DNA from: Cyanophora paradoxa CCMP329
Lineage: Eukaryota; Plantae; Glaucophyta
Length of the DNA: 64,000 nucleotides
Reading direction: 5' to 3'
Assembly: GCA_004431415.1 (NCBI GenBank)
Contig: QPMI01000242.1
Location: 1-64,000, forward strand
Shown: positions 52,698-64,000 of the stretch, piece by piece
Numbering within the stretch: position 1 is the first letter of the stretch
How the letters are laid out: the number at the start of each line of letters is the position of its first letter
Position numbers and translations under genes: made by a program
The notes under the pieces: generated by a model
Database searches by the model: none
The model's input: only the letters and a program-made list of their open reading frames with translations
What the model was told of the DNA's origin: nothing

Positions 52698-55600
52698 ATG
52701 TCCTCCGAGCGCGAGCCCTTGGCCGTTCTCGAGGCAATCTGGAGGGTGCAAAGCCTGAGTCTCGATGGCGGCTACCCTTGGAGCCGCAACCCGCTCTGGG
52801 GCCTCGACTCTGAGACGCTCCCCGTCGAGCGCATGGTTTCCGGTGCGGCGACCTTGCGTCCGTCGGGCACGCGACACCCGAGCTCACGCATCGGCGTGCA
52901 GCCCCACCAGCGGACACGAGCGCCCAAACAAACCTGCGCTCGCTCCCCGCGACCCTGGGGCCCGTCGCGCGGGCGAAAAGCGTCTTCACCTGCCGGCGAA
53001 GGATGAAGAAGGCCCGCGTGCAGGTACACGAGACCCCTGCCCCAGCAGCCGACGTAAGCTCTGCTTGACGCGTCAGGCAGTTACCGAGTACAGCACCTGC
53101 GTATCCGCTCGACACCTACCAGGACAGACTACACGACCTCGAGCCGCTGCCCTCGCTCACAGACGAAGTGGTTCGAGGCCCAATTCACAAAGACCGGTCC
53201 TTCGCCGCGCTAACCGTGCCCTGCGAAGGACTTTGGGTGGGCGGACGCATCGAAGTGGAACGATGCAGGAGATCGCGGGACACCTATCACGTTTGACGAC
53301 GACGCTCCGGAGGATCTAGACAGCATACGCGTCAGCGTGCGTCGTCTTTTTTCTTGATCTCCAGCCGCGAACGGCTTTGACACCGTGGGGCGCAGCACCA
53401 GGCGCAGACGAGCATGGGCCAGCTGCAGAGCGGGATGCAGCAGGTGGTGCAGCAGACGTCGCCACAGGTTGCGGTGCCCGCGGGCCCGTCGCAGCAGCAT
53501 GTGGCCGCCCTGAACGCGGCGAGCTCGCCCTCGCTGCGCGGGACGCCCATGGCGGCGCAGCACCAGCCGCCGGCCGTCTACGTGACGGCCCCTCGGGATT
53601 TCTCATGCAAGCGGGCGCCGCAGCTCCTCTGCCCGGACCTGTACGCGCGGGAGCTGGGGCTGCAGCCGGCCTGGCGCCTGCCGAAGTACGCGGCGACTGA
53701 CGGGCTCGCCCCGCCCCTGCCCGGCGTCACCTACTCGGCGGTCATCCCGCACGCGACGCAGCAGCGCGAGGCGCAGCCGCACGCGGGGCAGGTGCGACGG
53801 CGCTCGAGCGCGCAGCTGCGGCGGGCGGGGGGCGCGGCGGAGTCGGACTCTTCGTCGAGCGACTCTGAGATCGAGCTCGGGCTCAACGCCAGCGACCTCC
53901 CCGACCTGGCCGAGGCGCCGCCACCGGCCCCGCCGCCAGCGGAGGCGCCGGCGGTCCCGGGGGCGAGCTCGCTGGACATCCTGGAAGGGCTCGTGACGAA
54001 GGAGGGCGAGCACGTCTTCACTCGCCACGCCTTCCACGCCCTCGCCACATCCCCCTACGACATCTCCCGCATCTTCTTCGACAGGCCCTGCCCCGCCCCG
54101 CGTCCGCCCTCTCCTCCTTCCTCCCCGCGCCGGCCCGACCGCGCCCCCCGCAGCGCCTCTCGCGCCGGAGGCCCCCAAGGCGCGGGACAACCTCGTGTGC
54201 GGTGCGGGGGGCCCCGCAGGGCGGCGGCGGGGCGCCGACGGGCGGGCAGGGGAGGTGGCGACGGCGCTGGAGCCGCCGGCGATCCTCGTGGGCTACCAGG
54301 GCGACTGGCTCGAGGCCGACATGGCGGCCTGGCACATCTGGCCGGAGGCGGGCCTCGGTGCGAGCGCGCGGCGGGGCGCGGGGCGGGCCGGGGGCGAAGG
54401 GGCCGGGGCGCGGGGGCAGAGCCGGTGGTGCGGCGGAAGGACATCACGTACTACGTGGTGGTGCCGGGGGCCCTCGCCATCCACGACACGGTGAAGGCCT
54501 TCTTCAAGGACCTCAGCGCCGTCTACGAGGCCGCCAACCTCGGCACCCACGTCAAGGCCCTCAAGTTCGGCTACTGGTCCGTGCCCCTCCCCGAGGCCCC
54601 CGCCGGTGCCGCCTTCCGCCGCCCCTCCCAGCGCCCGTCCCGCCCACTCCGACCCGGCGGCAGAGGGGCCCGTGGACCGCCAGGCGCTGCTGGAGGCCTA
54701 CCTGCAGTGCTGCTCCCACCTCGGTGCGCAACGGGGTGGGACGGGGTGCGGCGGGGGCGGGACATGGAGTGGCGGGGCGGCGCGGGGCGGGGCGGAGCGG
54801 GGCGGGGCGGGGCGGGGCTGGGCGGAGCGGGCCGAGAACGGGGCGCAGGGCAGCACATCGGGCAGCTGGCGTCGACGAACATCGGGGGCCTGCAGCGGTA
54901 CGACGGGGCGACGGTCGTGTACATCATCTCGCCCTTCAGCTACCGCTCGATGCTCTCCGAGCTGCTCAAGGCCGGGAGCCTTCTCCTCCAGCACGCCTCC
55001 CGCAACCCCGACCTGCACGTCCTCACCCAGGCGCCCACGCCCCGCCCCTCCGCCACCGCGCCCCGGCGACGCCGCCGGCAGGTCGTGCCGGTGGAGGACG
55101 TCATGCAGCCGCTGCAGAGCGCCGTCAGCCTCACCCTCGAGCTCGCCTTCTCCGTCTTCAACAAGGCGCCCCCGCGCCCGCCCGCCGCCACGCCCGCGCC
55201 CCTCACCCGCCCGCGCCCCCAGGCCCGCCGCCATCTCGTCCTCAGCTCCTCCAGCAAGCCCCGTCCTCTCTCCCCGCCGAGCGACCCGGGCACCCCCGCC
55301 GTGCTCCCCGCCACCGGGCCGGTGCGCTCCCCCGCGCGCCGCCGACACGGGGGGAGCGCCGACCCGGGGCGCAGCGGCCGAACTGCTACCGGCACGTGTA
55401 CGAGCCGGCGTTCCTGCTGGCGCAGGTGCCCCCGCTCCCGTCCGCCCTGGGGCCCGCCCCGGCGGAGGAGGGCGGGCCCTCCGCCACAGAGGAGTGCCGG
55501 GCCCTGCACGGCTGCTACGCCGCGGCGGCCAGCGGCAGCGTGCTCCTCGTCGTCTGGACGGGTGCGCGCCGTGGGGCCGGCGCCGGGGGCGGGCCCGACG

Positions 55601-56421
55601 GGGCCGGCAGACTCGCTGGGGGAGGTCCTCGACGTGCACTCGCTGATCGCGGAGCCGGCGCTGGCCCCCGGGGTGCCCCTCTCGCGGGGCCTCATGGAGA
55701 CCCTCTGGGCCCAGGCCTGCACCTGGATGAGCGCCTCCCGCACCATCCAGCACCTCGTCGTCTCCCGCCTCGGCGCCCCGCCCCCTGAGGAGGTCGCCGG
55801 TGCGCCCCCTGCCCAGCCCCGCCCCCTGCGCCGGGCGGGCCGCGCCCGAGCGGGGCGGCAGCGTGGGAGGACTTCTTCGCGTCCCTGGAGCTCGGGGGCG
55901 ACGGGGGCGCGGCCCTCTTCGGGGAGGCCCTGCCGCAGCCCTTCCTCGACGGCGTCGGGCGCGCCCCCGACCAGCTCCGCTCCGCCGCCTTCCTCAGCGT
56001 CCACTGCTGCCCCTCCCTCCTCGCCCCGGCCCCCTGCTCGGGCTCCTGCCCGGCACGCCACCCGGCGCCCGAGCCCGGGCTCTGCGTGCTGGCGGAGGCG
56101 ACCCTCGAGGCGACCGACGCCGGCCCTTGCAACCACATCCCCCTCCGCCTCCACGTCCTCAACGAGGGCCGGGCCCAGGCGCGCGGGCCCCCAGCTCCGC
56201 CGCCCCGCCCCGTCTCTAACCGTCCCGCGCAGGACGTGATGATGCGGGGCGCGAGCTCGCCTTGCCAGTACCTGCAGGCCGTGGCCCGCCAGCTGCACGC
56301 CCTCTCCTACGCCATGCTCTCCTTCCACTGCCCCGCCTCCTCCCGCCTCTTCCCCCTGCCGCTCCACGTCACCTCCGTCGCCTCCATGGCCCGCGTCATC
56401 CAGCAACTCCGCCGCGAATAG
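52698..56421 (+). CDS. MED13: Mediator subunit 13-like
   Basis: PAILVGYQGDWL..WPEAGLEP, KDITYYVVVP..FFKDLSAVYEAANLGTH, LAFSVFNK, YEPAFLLA, LHGCY, WTDSLGE, RQLHALSY..PLPLHV match the Med13 motif order. The 5' exons are uncertain. Confidence 0.8.
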
Positions 56422-56556
56422 ATTCGTCGTGTCGCCATTGCACTTCGAGAAACATTCAGGCTGCAGACAGACCTACAGCTCGACGAATCTCGTCGATGGG
56501 GCTCCAGTCCGTGGGGTTTCCTGCTTTTCCTTGAGCGGCGAGCGTGCGCGTGGCCA

Positions 56557-57378
56557 CATTTGGACACGTACTAAAAACGCAGGTCCGGGCTACAAGTGTG
56601 GGAATGTACACTGCGGCCGCCGCGGCCGCGGGCCCAGCCCACCAGCAAGCTGGCCGGCCGAGCCCTGCGTGGCCCCCTAAGGAGAGTAATGCGCCTCCCC
56701 GCGGACACTCTGGCTAGCTAAATAGCTAAAGGTGCCCGCACGCGCGGCGTGGTGCTGCATCGCGTCTTGTGGCGGCGGGTGTCGTCTCGGGGCGGTGGCG
56801 GGAGCCCCTACAGGCCCTTGGGGGGGCCCGACATGGAGTCAGCCTGCGGGGGGGCGCGAAAAGGGGTCAGATCGATACATCGAAAAAACATTGGTTTCAA
56901 AGGGAACGGGGGCGCACTCGATCGACGAGCCTCCCACCCAGAGGAGCGCCTGCGCGGGCGGAGGACGATCAGCCGCCGAGCAGATCGACGCTCCAGGGCA
57001 CCTGCGCGCGCGGTGCGCACCTGGGGCGCGTCTTGGGCGGGAGCCCCTACGGACCCTGGGGGGGGGGGGCCCGACATGGAGTCAGCCTGCGCCGGAGGGC
57101 GAAAAAGGGGGTCAGATCGATACATCGAAAAAACATTGGTTTCAAAGGGAACGGGGGCGCACTCGATCGACGTGCCTCCCGCCAAAGGCGAGCGCCTGCG
57201 CGCCGAAGGGCGCAACGATGCATCAGAGGAGCATCGCGGAGTGGGCGCCCGGGCGCGGCGCGCCGCGAACCCGGTGTGCCCTCTGCCTCGTTGGGAAGAC
57301 GAGCCTGCCGCGACGCGAAGGTGAGGAAGTGGGGCTCGGCGCGAGGCGCGCGAGGGCGCACTCGAAAGCGGCGGAGGC
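56557..57378 (+). mobile_element. Family A copy (truncated)
   Basis: Matches 25785-26615, including the left terminus. Confidence 0.85.
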
Positions 57379-57505
57379 GCGGCTAGCGCTGGTCTGTTGT
57401 TAGCGTGCAGGGGTACGCATGAAGACGCTCAGCTAGCACACATATATAGTCGACGCGTGCGGCTGTAGTTGACTTCTGTCCGGAGCGGCAGCGTTACGCG
57501 CGAGG

Positions 57506-59210
57506 ATGCAGTCAACGTCGGCTTTCTGCCAGCCAGCCGCCGTCGCAGCCGGTGCCGCGTTCGCCGATTCGGGGCGCCTGTCGCGGCCAGCACCCTCGCT
57601 CTCACCCTCGCCCTCGCTCTACACCGGTGTGTTTGCTCTCGTTGCGTCTAATTGACGTAGCCGCCTGACGCAAGCGGGCGACAGGCACACGTCGGCGCGC
57701 TGCAAGCCAGCAGCGTACGCCGCGGGGCGCCTTCCTCGCCGCAGGCAGCTGCCCGCGTTTCTTCGCGTACGACGAAGCGTCACGCCGCGGGGCCCAACCG
57801 CAACGCGAGCAGCTCAACACGTACGCAAGTTCCCTCGGCGCTGCCGGCGCCCGAACTCCGTAGAGTTGACGCCAGCGCAGGGCGTCCCAAACGCCTGCCT
57901 TTGATCGAGACGGGGAATCTGTGGACGCCACGGCACCGCTTTTGTCGACAGAGCCGATGCCAGCTGTAGCTCCTGATTTCGACGCGGGCAGCCGTGATGC
58001 CGTCATGATGCACGTCTCGAGCGATGCGGATGAAAGAAGCTTCTGGATCAACCGCGTGCTGGTTTCCTCCCTAGTCCGCTTGATAGGTACGCATGCGGTC
58101 GACGACCTTTCACTCGACCTCGATCGCGACCTCACCATGCGCCCTCCGCAGACGCCGTGTACGGAACACGCCCCTATGCTCGGTGCGTCGAGATACCCAT
58201 GGCAAGATCTAGTCGACGTCTTATAATTACTCCCGCACGCGCGGGGCAGTTTTTATTGCCTGGAGACAGTGGCGCGGGTTCCGTACTTCTCTTACCTCTC
58301 TGTCCTCCAGTACGCCTAAATTCGGATGTTTTTCTTGCCGAGACACCATGTTTATGTCTCTTCGCACTGCGGCAGCCTGTACGAGTCGATTGGCCTGTGG
58401 CGGAGTGCTGACTGGCTCAAGGTGCACTTCGCGCAAAGGTGCACGCCTCGTGAAGTTGCTTCCAGCGCCCCCTGTTCCGAGCCCCGCGTGCGAGACAATC
58501 AATTTTGCAGTTGGAACGAGATGCACCACCTGCTAATCATGGAGAGCTTGGGGGGCAATGCCCGCTGGCTCGACCGCTTCGTCGCGGGGGTGCGGCAACC
58601 CCGCGCACGCACACGGCCCTTGCCCTGCAGCGAAGGCATTCAGACCGGATCTGACGTGACGGCAGCACGCAGCAGTGGTGTACTATTGGATCACGACGGC
58701 CATGTACGTCCTGCAGCCAGCCGCGGCCTACAACTTTGCCGAGGCGCGTCGCCGAGCCGCCCTGTGCCGCTGCCTGCCCTCACGCGCAGCAGCTGGTGGA
58801 AGCGCACGCTGTAGAGAGCTACAGCCACTTCCTGGAGAAGCACGGGCCGGAGCTGCGGGGGCAGCCCGCCCCCCAGGTGGCCCTCGAGTACTACAACGCG
58901 CGGGGGGAGGAGGCCTTCCTGTTCCAGGCCTTCCAGACCGGGTCGGAGGGGCGGCGGAGCCCCAGCGTGCGGGACCTCTACGACGTCTTCACAGAGATCC
59001 GCCGCGACGAGGAGCAGCACCGCGACACCCTCATCCTCTGCCAGGCGCCGCCCCCGGCCCCCGCCTCGCTTCGCGCCCTCATGCCCCGCACCCCGCCCCG
59101 CTGCACAGGAGCGCCTTTCCGCGGGATCCGGCCTTCCGGAGGGCGGTGCACCTCTCACGCCGCCGGCTCGCGACGTCGATGCCAAATCGGTATCTGACAA
59201 ATCCGGCTAA
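57506..59210 (+). CDS. PTOX: Plastid terminal oxidase (di-iron AOX family) with transit peptide
   Basis: [71 protein letters not shown]; N-terminus MQSTSAFCQ. Confidence 0.93.
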
Positions 59211-60886
59211 AGCCCCACGAAGTAATTCCATCCCTGGCCATGGGGGCCTCCCGCACCATCCAGCACCTCCCTTAAAGTCCAACCCCCCTCCAACCCTAAA
59301 ACGTTGTACAGTGTACGTGTATACGTAAACGTACAGGGACAAACTGTGCGTCATGGCGTTGCTCTTTCTAAGCTACGGGCGCGCGGGACCACTCCTAGAC
59401 CGTCAACGCTTTAACTTTACCCGTGCTGTTCGGGGTGAGAGCGTAACCCGCAGGGACTGGTGCCCTGATGGAGAAAAGGGGATCGGAGCCTAGCTGGCTA
59501 CGAGCCGAGCAGGCGCTTCGCGTCCACGCCGGTGCCGTAGCGGATGAAGATGCTCCTGCGAGAGGTCTGTGCGATCAGTACGATTACGATTGTGTCCAGA
59601 GTGCGAACGAAGTGGAAAAAAAGTCCGCCTAGACACAGAGTTGTACTAGTACTAGAACTCTGATGAAACGGCCCGGCCTGAACCGGACAGAGCTGCAGTT
59701 CAAGCTGCAGTGGTGAAGCTTGCATATGATGCGGCGGCAGCTCACAGCGCTGCCATGCAGCAGAAATACATGAAATTTGTTCAAGATGCAGCGCAGCAAA
59801 AGCGCGAGGATGGTGAAGAAACCTTCTAGCGAAACTCGCCTTCGAAGACCTTCTCGAAGGTTTCGCTAGTCCCAAAGGCGAAAAGTCTGAATATCCAGTG
59901 AAAAAGCGGAATCCTGAGGAGCACGCGGTAGATCCAGCGCACAGGCGCTCCAAGCAGCTGGACGAATGCCTCAAAATTACCGAGCTTTGCAATTGGATAC
60001 AGAAACGCGGCACCTTCGGGTTCCGGTGGCGTGCAACATCAAACAAGCCGAAGCTGCTACACACACTATCAGACTCGGGTTCGAATCTCTCTCTATTGCT
60101 TTGCTCTTTCTCTCTTTCGGAAGGCCACCGCAACCGGCGCGCCTCAGTCAGCCTGCGCTCGAATCTGTGCTGCACAAAGGGAGAGGGCTCGCAATTCCGA
60201 GCAGCAGCTGCGGAGGGCTCGCAATTCCCCGACTCGCTGAACGACAACGCGATGTTCAACGACGCGCCGACGCCCCTCCTGCGGGCCGAGGAGCGGGAAG
60301 AGGAGGGTGAAACGGGGCACGTTCCGAGCTGTTATCAGAGTCCACACTATCTCGGCTCAAAGTTAACTGTTGAACGCGACCAGCCGCAGGGGTGAACTTT
60401 CTTGCTCAACCTTTAGAGGTCCTTCCCCTCCAACAGGGGCAGTGCAACTGCAGTGTCCCTGTTCCGTTCATTATATATAAAGTTGGACGAAAGTTGGACG
60501 AAAGTTGGACGAACGCACATGGCGTTGCCCTCGAATTATTATTATAAACTTTAATGAGAGTAATGCGCCTCTCCGCAGACACTAGCTATATATAGCTACA
60601 ATTCCCCGTCCAATTGCAACCTCAAATCGTAGTCCAGCGATCGTAATCGAATTAATTTAAACCAAGCGTTATCGATGATTGTGTCAAGAGAGAGCTCGAG
60701 TGGGCTACATTTGGAAAAACGCCAAGTCCGGGCCCGGGCTACAACTGGTGGCCATGCCATGATGGGCCGACTAGTTGTCACGGAATTTTCTCTCAAGGGA
60801 GCGGGCCTCAGCAGCTGCTATGCAGGCACGCTCCGTGGCAGCTTTTGCAGCATCGACCTCCTGCTTGATAACCTGGCCGAACGCGT

Positions 60887-61030
60887 AGCATTGGACACCG
60901 TCCAACCAAATCAAAATCAGAATCAAAAAATCACATACATCATAGAACGCCTCGCGCGTCTCCGAGGGCCGATCGACCTCGTGCCCGTCCGGATTCTTGC
61001 TAATATTAATGCTGCCCTGCTCGCGATCGA
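60887..61030. repeat. Dispersed repeat, second copy at 63845-64000
   Basis: Near identical GAACGCGTAGCATTGGACACC...CTCGCGATCGAT; also 59358-59401 and 59567-59591 match 63660-63740. Confidence 0.85.
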
Positions 61031-61807
61031 TCCATCATTCAAGGTTGTGAGCGCATAGACACGATATATTTGAGTACCGCTTCTTTCTCCAAAAAAGGCC
61101 GTAGGTTCCTTCGCGGTGAGGCGATCGAAGGGCCCGGCGTTCGGTACTCCAGGATCATGGAGAGCGCGTCGACGTCCTCGCCTCGCTCTGCGGACCCGGG
61201 CGTGAAAGCCGCTTCGACAGCTGTGACAGATTCATGATCAGTAACAAAAAGCTCAGTTCGCGGCGCGGCGCGAGCTACACCGCGCCAGCTGTGACGCTGC
61301 CAGGCGCAGCGTCAGTTGGCGAGGAGCTCGAGAGGGTGCTGGAATCCCCCCCTTCCGCCTGCGCAACGAGTGCGGAATTGAAACGAATGTAAGCGCGGAT
61401 TCCTATGTCTCCCAGGCGCGAGGAAAGCATCCGAGGGCGCCAGAATCCGGGGTGGAATTCGAAATGGGCGCGCCTCGAGCTCGGGCCTCGGGGCTCCGGC
61501 CTTCGCCATTGCCTGCTGCGCGGCGCGCGAGCTCGAGCGCTTAGCGCGTCGAGTGGGAGGCTCGCGCTCGCAGTTCGCGCACCGTTCGTCTGGGGCAGGA
61601 TGGCGGCAGGAATAGGACCGCGCTCGCAGTTACGGGAATAGGGCACACCGTTCGTCTGGGCGAGCAGGAAGGAGCTCGAACGACGCGGGGACAACGGAAA
61701 GGGGACCAGGGTTGCGACTCAGAGTACCCGCTCGTTTTTTTTCAGCGTCATCGAGATCCCCCCGGCCTGAGTCCCCGGTCCCCGTGTCGTTACTATTCGT
61801 CAGTTTG

Positions 61808-63591
61808 ATGGCATTCGTCGCGGCGCTGCCGACGGCGCTGCCGACGGCGCTGCCGGCGGGGCGGCCGCGGCCCGATAGCTTCGGCCAGCGGCGCGCCGAT
61901 CGGCCGGCCTTGAGCGCGCGGCTCAACGTACGCGGCGGCACAAAGGCTCGCACGTTCGCCGCCGCATCGCCTGGGCCGCGGCTTCAACGTATGCAACTTT
62001 TGCGCCGCGCCTTGCTTCGCTGACGTTCGCACCTTTTTGCACGTCAGCAGACGCCGCGGTGTCTGCTGATGTGCGCACCTCGGGGCGAGACGTCGGGCCG
62101 AGCAATGGGTCCGCCGGATCCGGTAGCGGCGGCGGAGACGAAGGCCACTTTCGCGGTGGCGGTGGCGGAGGTGGTGGCGGCGGACCCCGCGGCGACGGCT
62201 TGTCCGTGATTCAGCGCTCCGATGACGACGTGGAGAGAGAACTAGTGTTGCAAAGACGGAATGCGAATTTTCGAGCGGGGTTCTACAGTCTGGCAGGGTT
62301 GGTGGTGCGATCGATAGTAGTGGTGCGATCGCCGTTAACGTGGTACGTGCAGCTCGCAGGCGCCTCCGCACTCGTCGCCGAGATCGCAGCTCGCAACATC
62401 GCCGGCGGGGTCTACTTGCCCATGTCACCAGGCACGCCGACTATTCACAGCCGCTGAGCCTTCGTTCGCGCTTTTTGCATTTGAGTGTTTTTGCGCAGGG
62501 GCTGCGGTGCTCGCAACGACTGCAGGGGCCGCGCTCTGGCAGACGTTGGCTATCGGCGGAACGGGCGGGCGAGCTGTTGCAAGGTCGATGGGTGGCCGTC
62601 TCCTTGAGCCCGGAAGGGTTTCGGGCCAGGAGGCTGCTTTGCTTCGGCTTGTAGATGAAGCAGCTGCTGCAGCTGCCTTACCAGCACCTCCTTGCTACCT
62701 GATTCCTTCACACGAACTCAACGCCTTTGCAGCGGGATTCAGCCCGCGATCGGCTGCCATCGGAGTGACCCGCGGAGCCATCGAACGGTTTACAACCGCA
62801 GAGCTCAGAGCTGTGCTAGGCCACGAGGTCTGCAGTCGACGAGGGTGCTGGCTCAGCAGCTGCTGACTGCATCCCGTGCGAAGATTGCACACATAAGCAA
62901 TGGAGATTCGAAATCGAGTACCGTCCTTGCTGCCGTATTGGCTGGATTCTACGGCGTATCTCGCCTCGGCATAAATCTGCTCACGCGACCAACACGGTAC
63001 AACAGTGGCTACGCACCCAGGCAGAGGCGTGATGAGGACGAGGACTCGGACTACGACTTCAGCCGGCGAAATCGACGGAAACGAGCTCGCCGATTGGATC
63101 CGTTCACAGCAGTCGGGATTTCACTCGTTGCGGCAGGGGCGATCACATGGGTTGCTGGCTCTGTCCTCCGCAATCGTCAGTCAGCTTCTTGGATACCTGT
63201 TAGCTGTTACTGACCAGATAGCAGTTGTCAGTCGAGACCGGGAGTACCTGGCGGACTCATGTGGAGCAAGGTATTCTGGGCGACCGCAGGACCTTGCATC
63301 CGCCCTTGAACGCATCGAAGCTGAGGGCAAGCGGGGCTACAAGACACGAGATTTGCCTCGACTTGGTGTGTGCTGTGCTTTGGTTGCCCTCCTCCTGGCT
63401 TATTATCTCCAGCCTCGCCATACAGTCACCTCTACTTCGCAGCCTCGCCTTCGACGCTCTTCGAGGTGCAAATCGCTCTGCCGGTGTTTCCTGCCACAGA
63501 GCTTATGGTGTGCATGCGCATGCAGTTTATCTTCGCCACCCACCCTCCTATCCGCAAACGAATCGAGCGCCTGCGGGCCATGCACGTTTGA
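61808..63591 (+). CDS. htpX: HtpX-like M48 zinc metallopeptidase with transit peptide
   Basis: ELNAFAAG..AAIGVTRG..ELRAVLGHE|IAHISNGD (HExxH split by an intron), SRDREYLAD, LASALERI, FATHPPIRKRIERL; N-terminus MAFVAALP. Confidence 0.9.
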
Positions 63592-64000
63592 CTAGCTGTG
63601 CTCATTAATACGCAAGGGCGAATCGATATTATAGTACTGTAGCTCGCAGCTGCAGTATCGTTGCTCTTTCTAAGCTACGGGCGCGCGTGACCACTCCTAG
63701 ACCTAGACCACTCCTGTGCGATCAGTACGATTACGATTGCGATCGCCGCGCCCATTATAATTACGATTACGATGGGCTATAGGTGGGAGGAGCCCTGGCA
63801 TTGGACACCGTCGGGGGGAGCCCTGGCATATATTACGATGGGAACGCGTAGCATTGGACACCGCCGACGTCCAACCAAATCAAAATCAGAATCAAAAAAT
63901 CATATACATCATAGAACGCCTCGCGCGTCTCCGAGGGCCGATCGACCTCGTGCCCGTCCGGATTCTTGCTAATATTAATGCTGCCCTGCTCGCGATCGAT

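Noticed and set aside
53332-53550. Cys-rich minus-strand mini-ORF resembling a metallothionein
   Set aside because: It is antisense to the Gln/Ala-rich MED13 exon; CAG/GCA codons read as TGC on the other strand.
46539-56406. Long antisense and alternative-frame ORFs (e.g. 738 aa, 488 aa, and the 941-aa read-through)
   Set aside because: Shadows of high-GC3 metH and MED13 exons plus stop-free GC-rich introns.
59498-60395. ORFs of 253 aa (-) and 165 aa (+)
   Set aside because: No recognisable motif or consistent exon chain; possibly a decayed gene fragment, but not supportable.

Overview
Left end of a eukaryotic chromosome. It opens with ~7 kb of (CCCTAA)n telomere. A subtelomeric block follows (151-bp satellite, hexamer microsatellite, intronless 574-aa orphan ORF), then a decayed CCCH-zinc-finger/Ire1-like kinase-KEN RNase gene. 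The rest is compact, intron-rich genes: LRR protein, folD, purA, uridine kinase, two coiled-coil proteins, MESD-like chaperone, metH, SF3B4, MED13, PTOX and an HtpX-like M48 peptidase. Phe-containing N-terminal transit peptides (MAAAF, MAFV, MQSTSAF) suggest a glaucophyte-like alga such as Cyanophora (inference). Most notable observations: (1) intergenic DNA is full of XYZ-revcomp(XYZ)-XYZ insertions that differ between duplicated copies and look like hairpin-type excision footprints of a 3-bp-TSD transposon; (2) about a third of metH introns are GC-AG, with GCCCGC/GCGCGC donors and C-rich/G-rich self-complementary bodies; (3) a mosaic of neighbouring genes' promoters and 5' ends, one with a precisely lost intron, lies between copies of a TIR element; (4) a CCCH-ZnF-kinase-KEN architecture with no visible membrane anchor. 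Exon boundaries were inferred by eye from reading-frame continuity; no transcript or database evidence was available.
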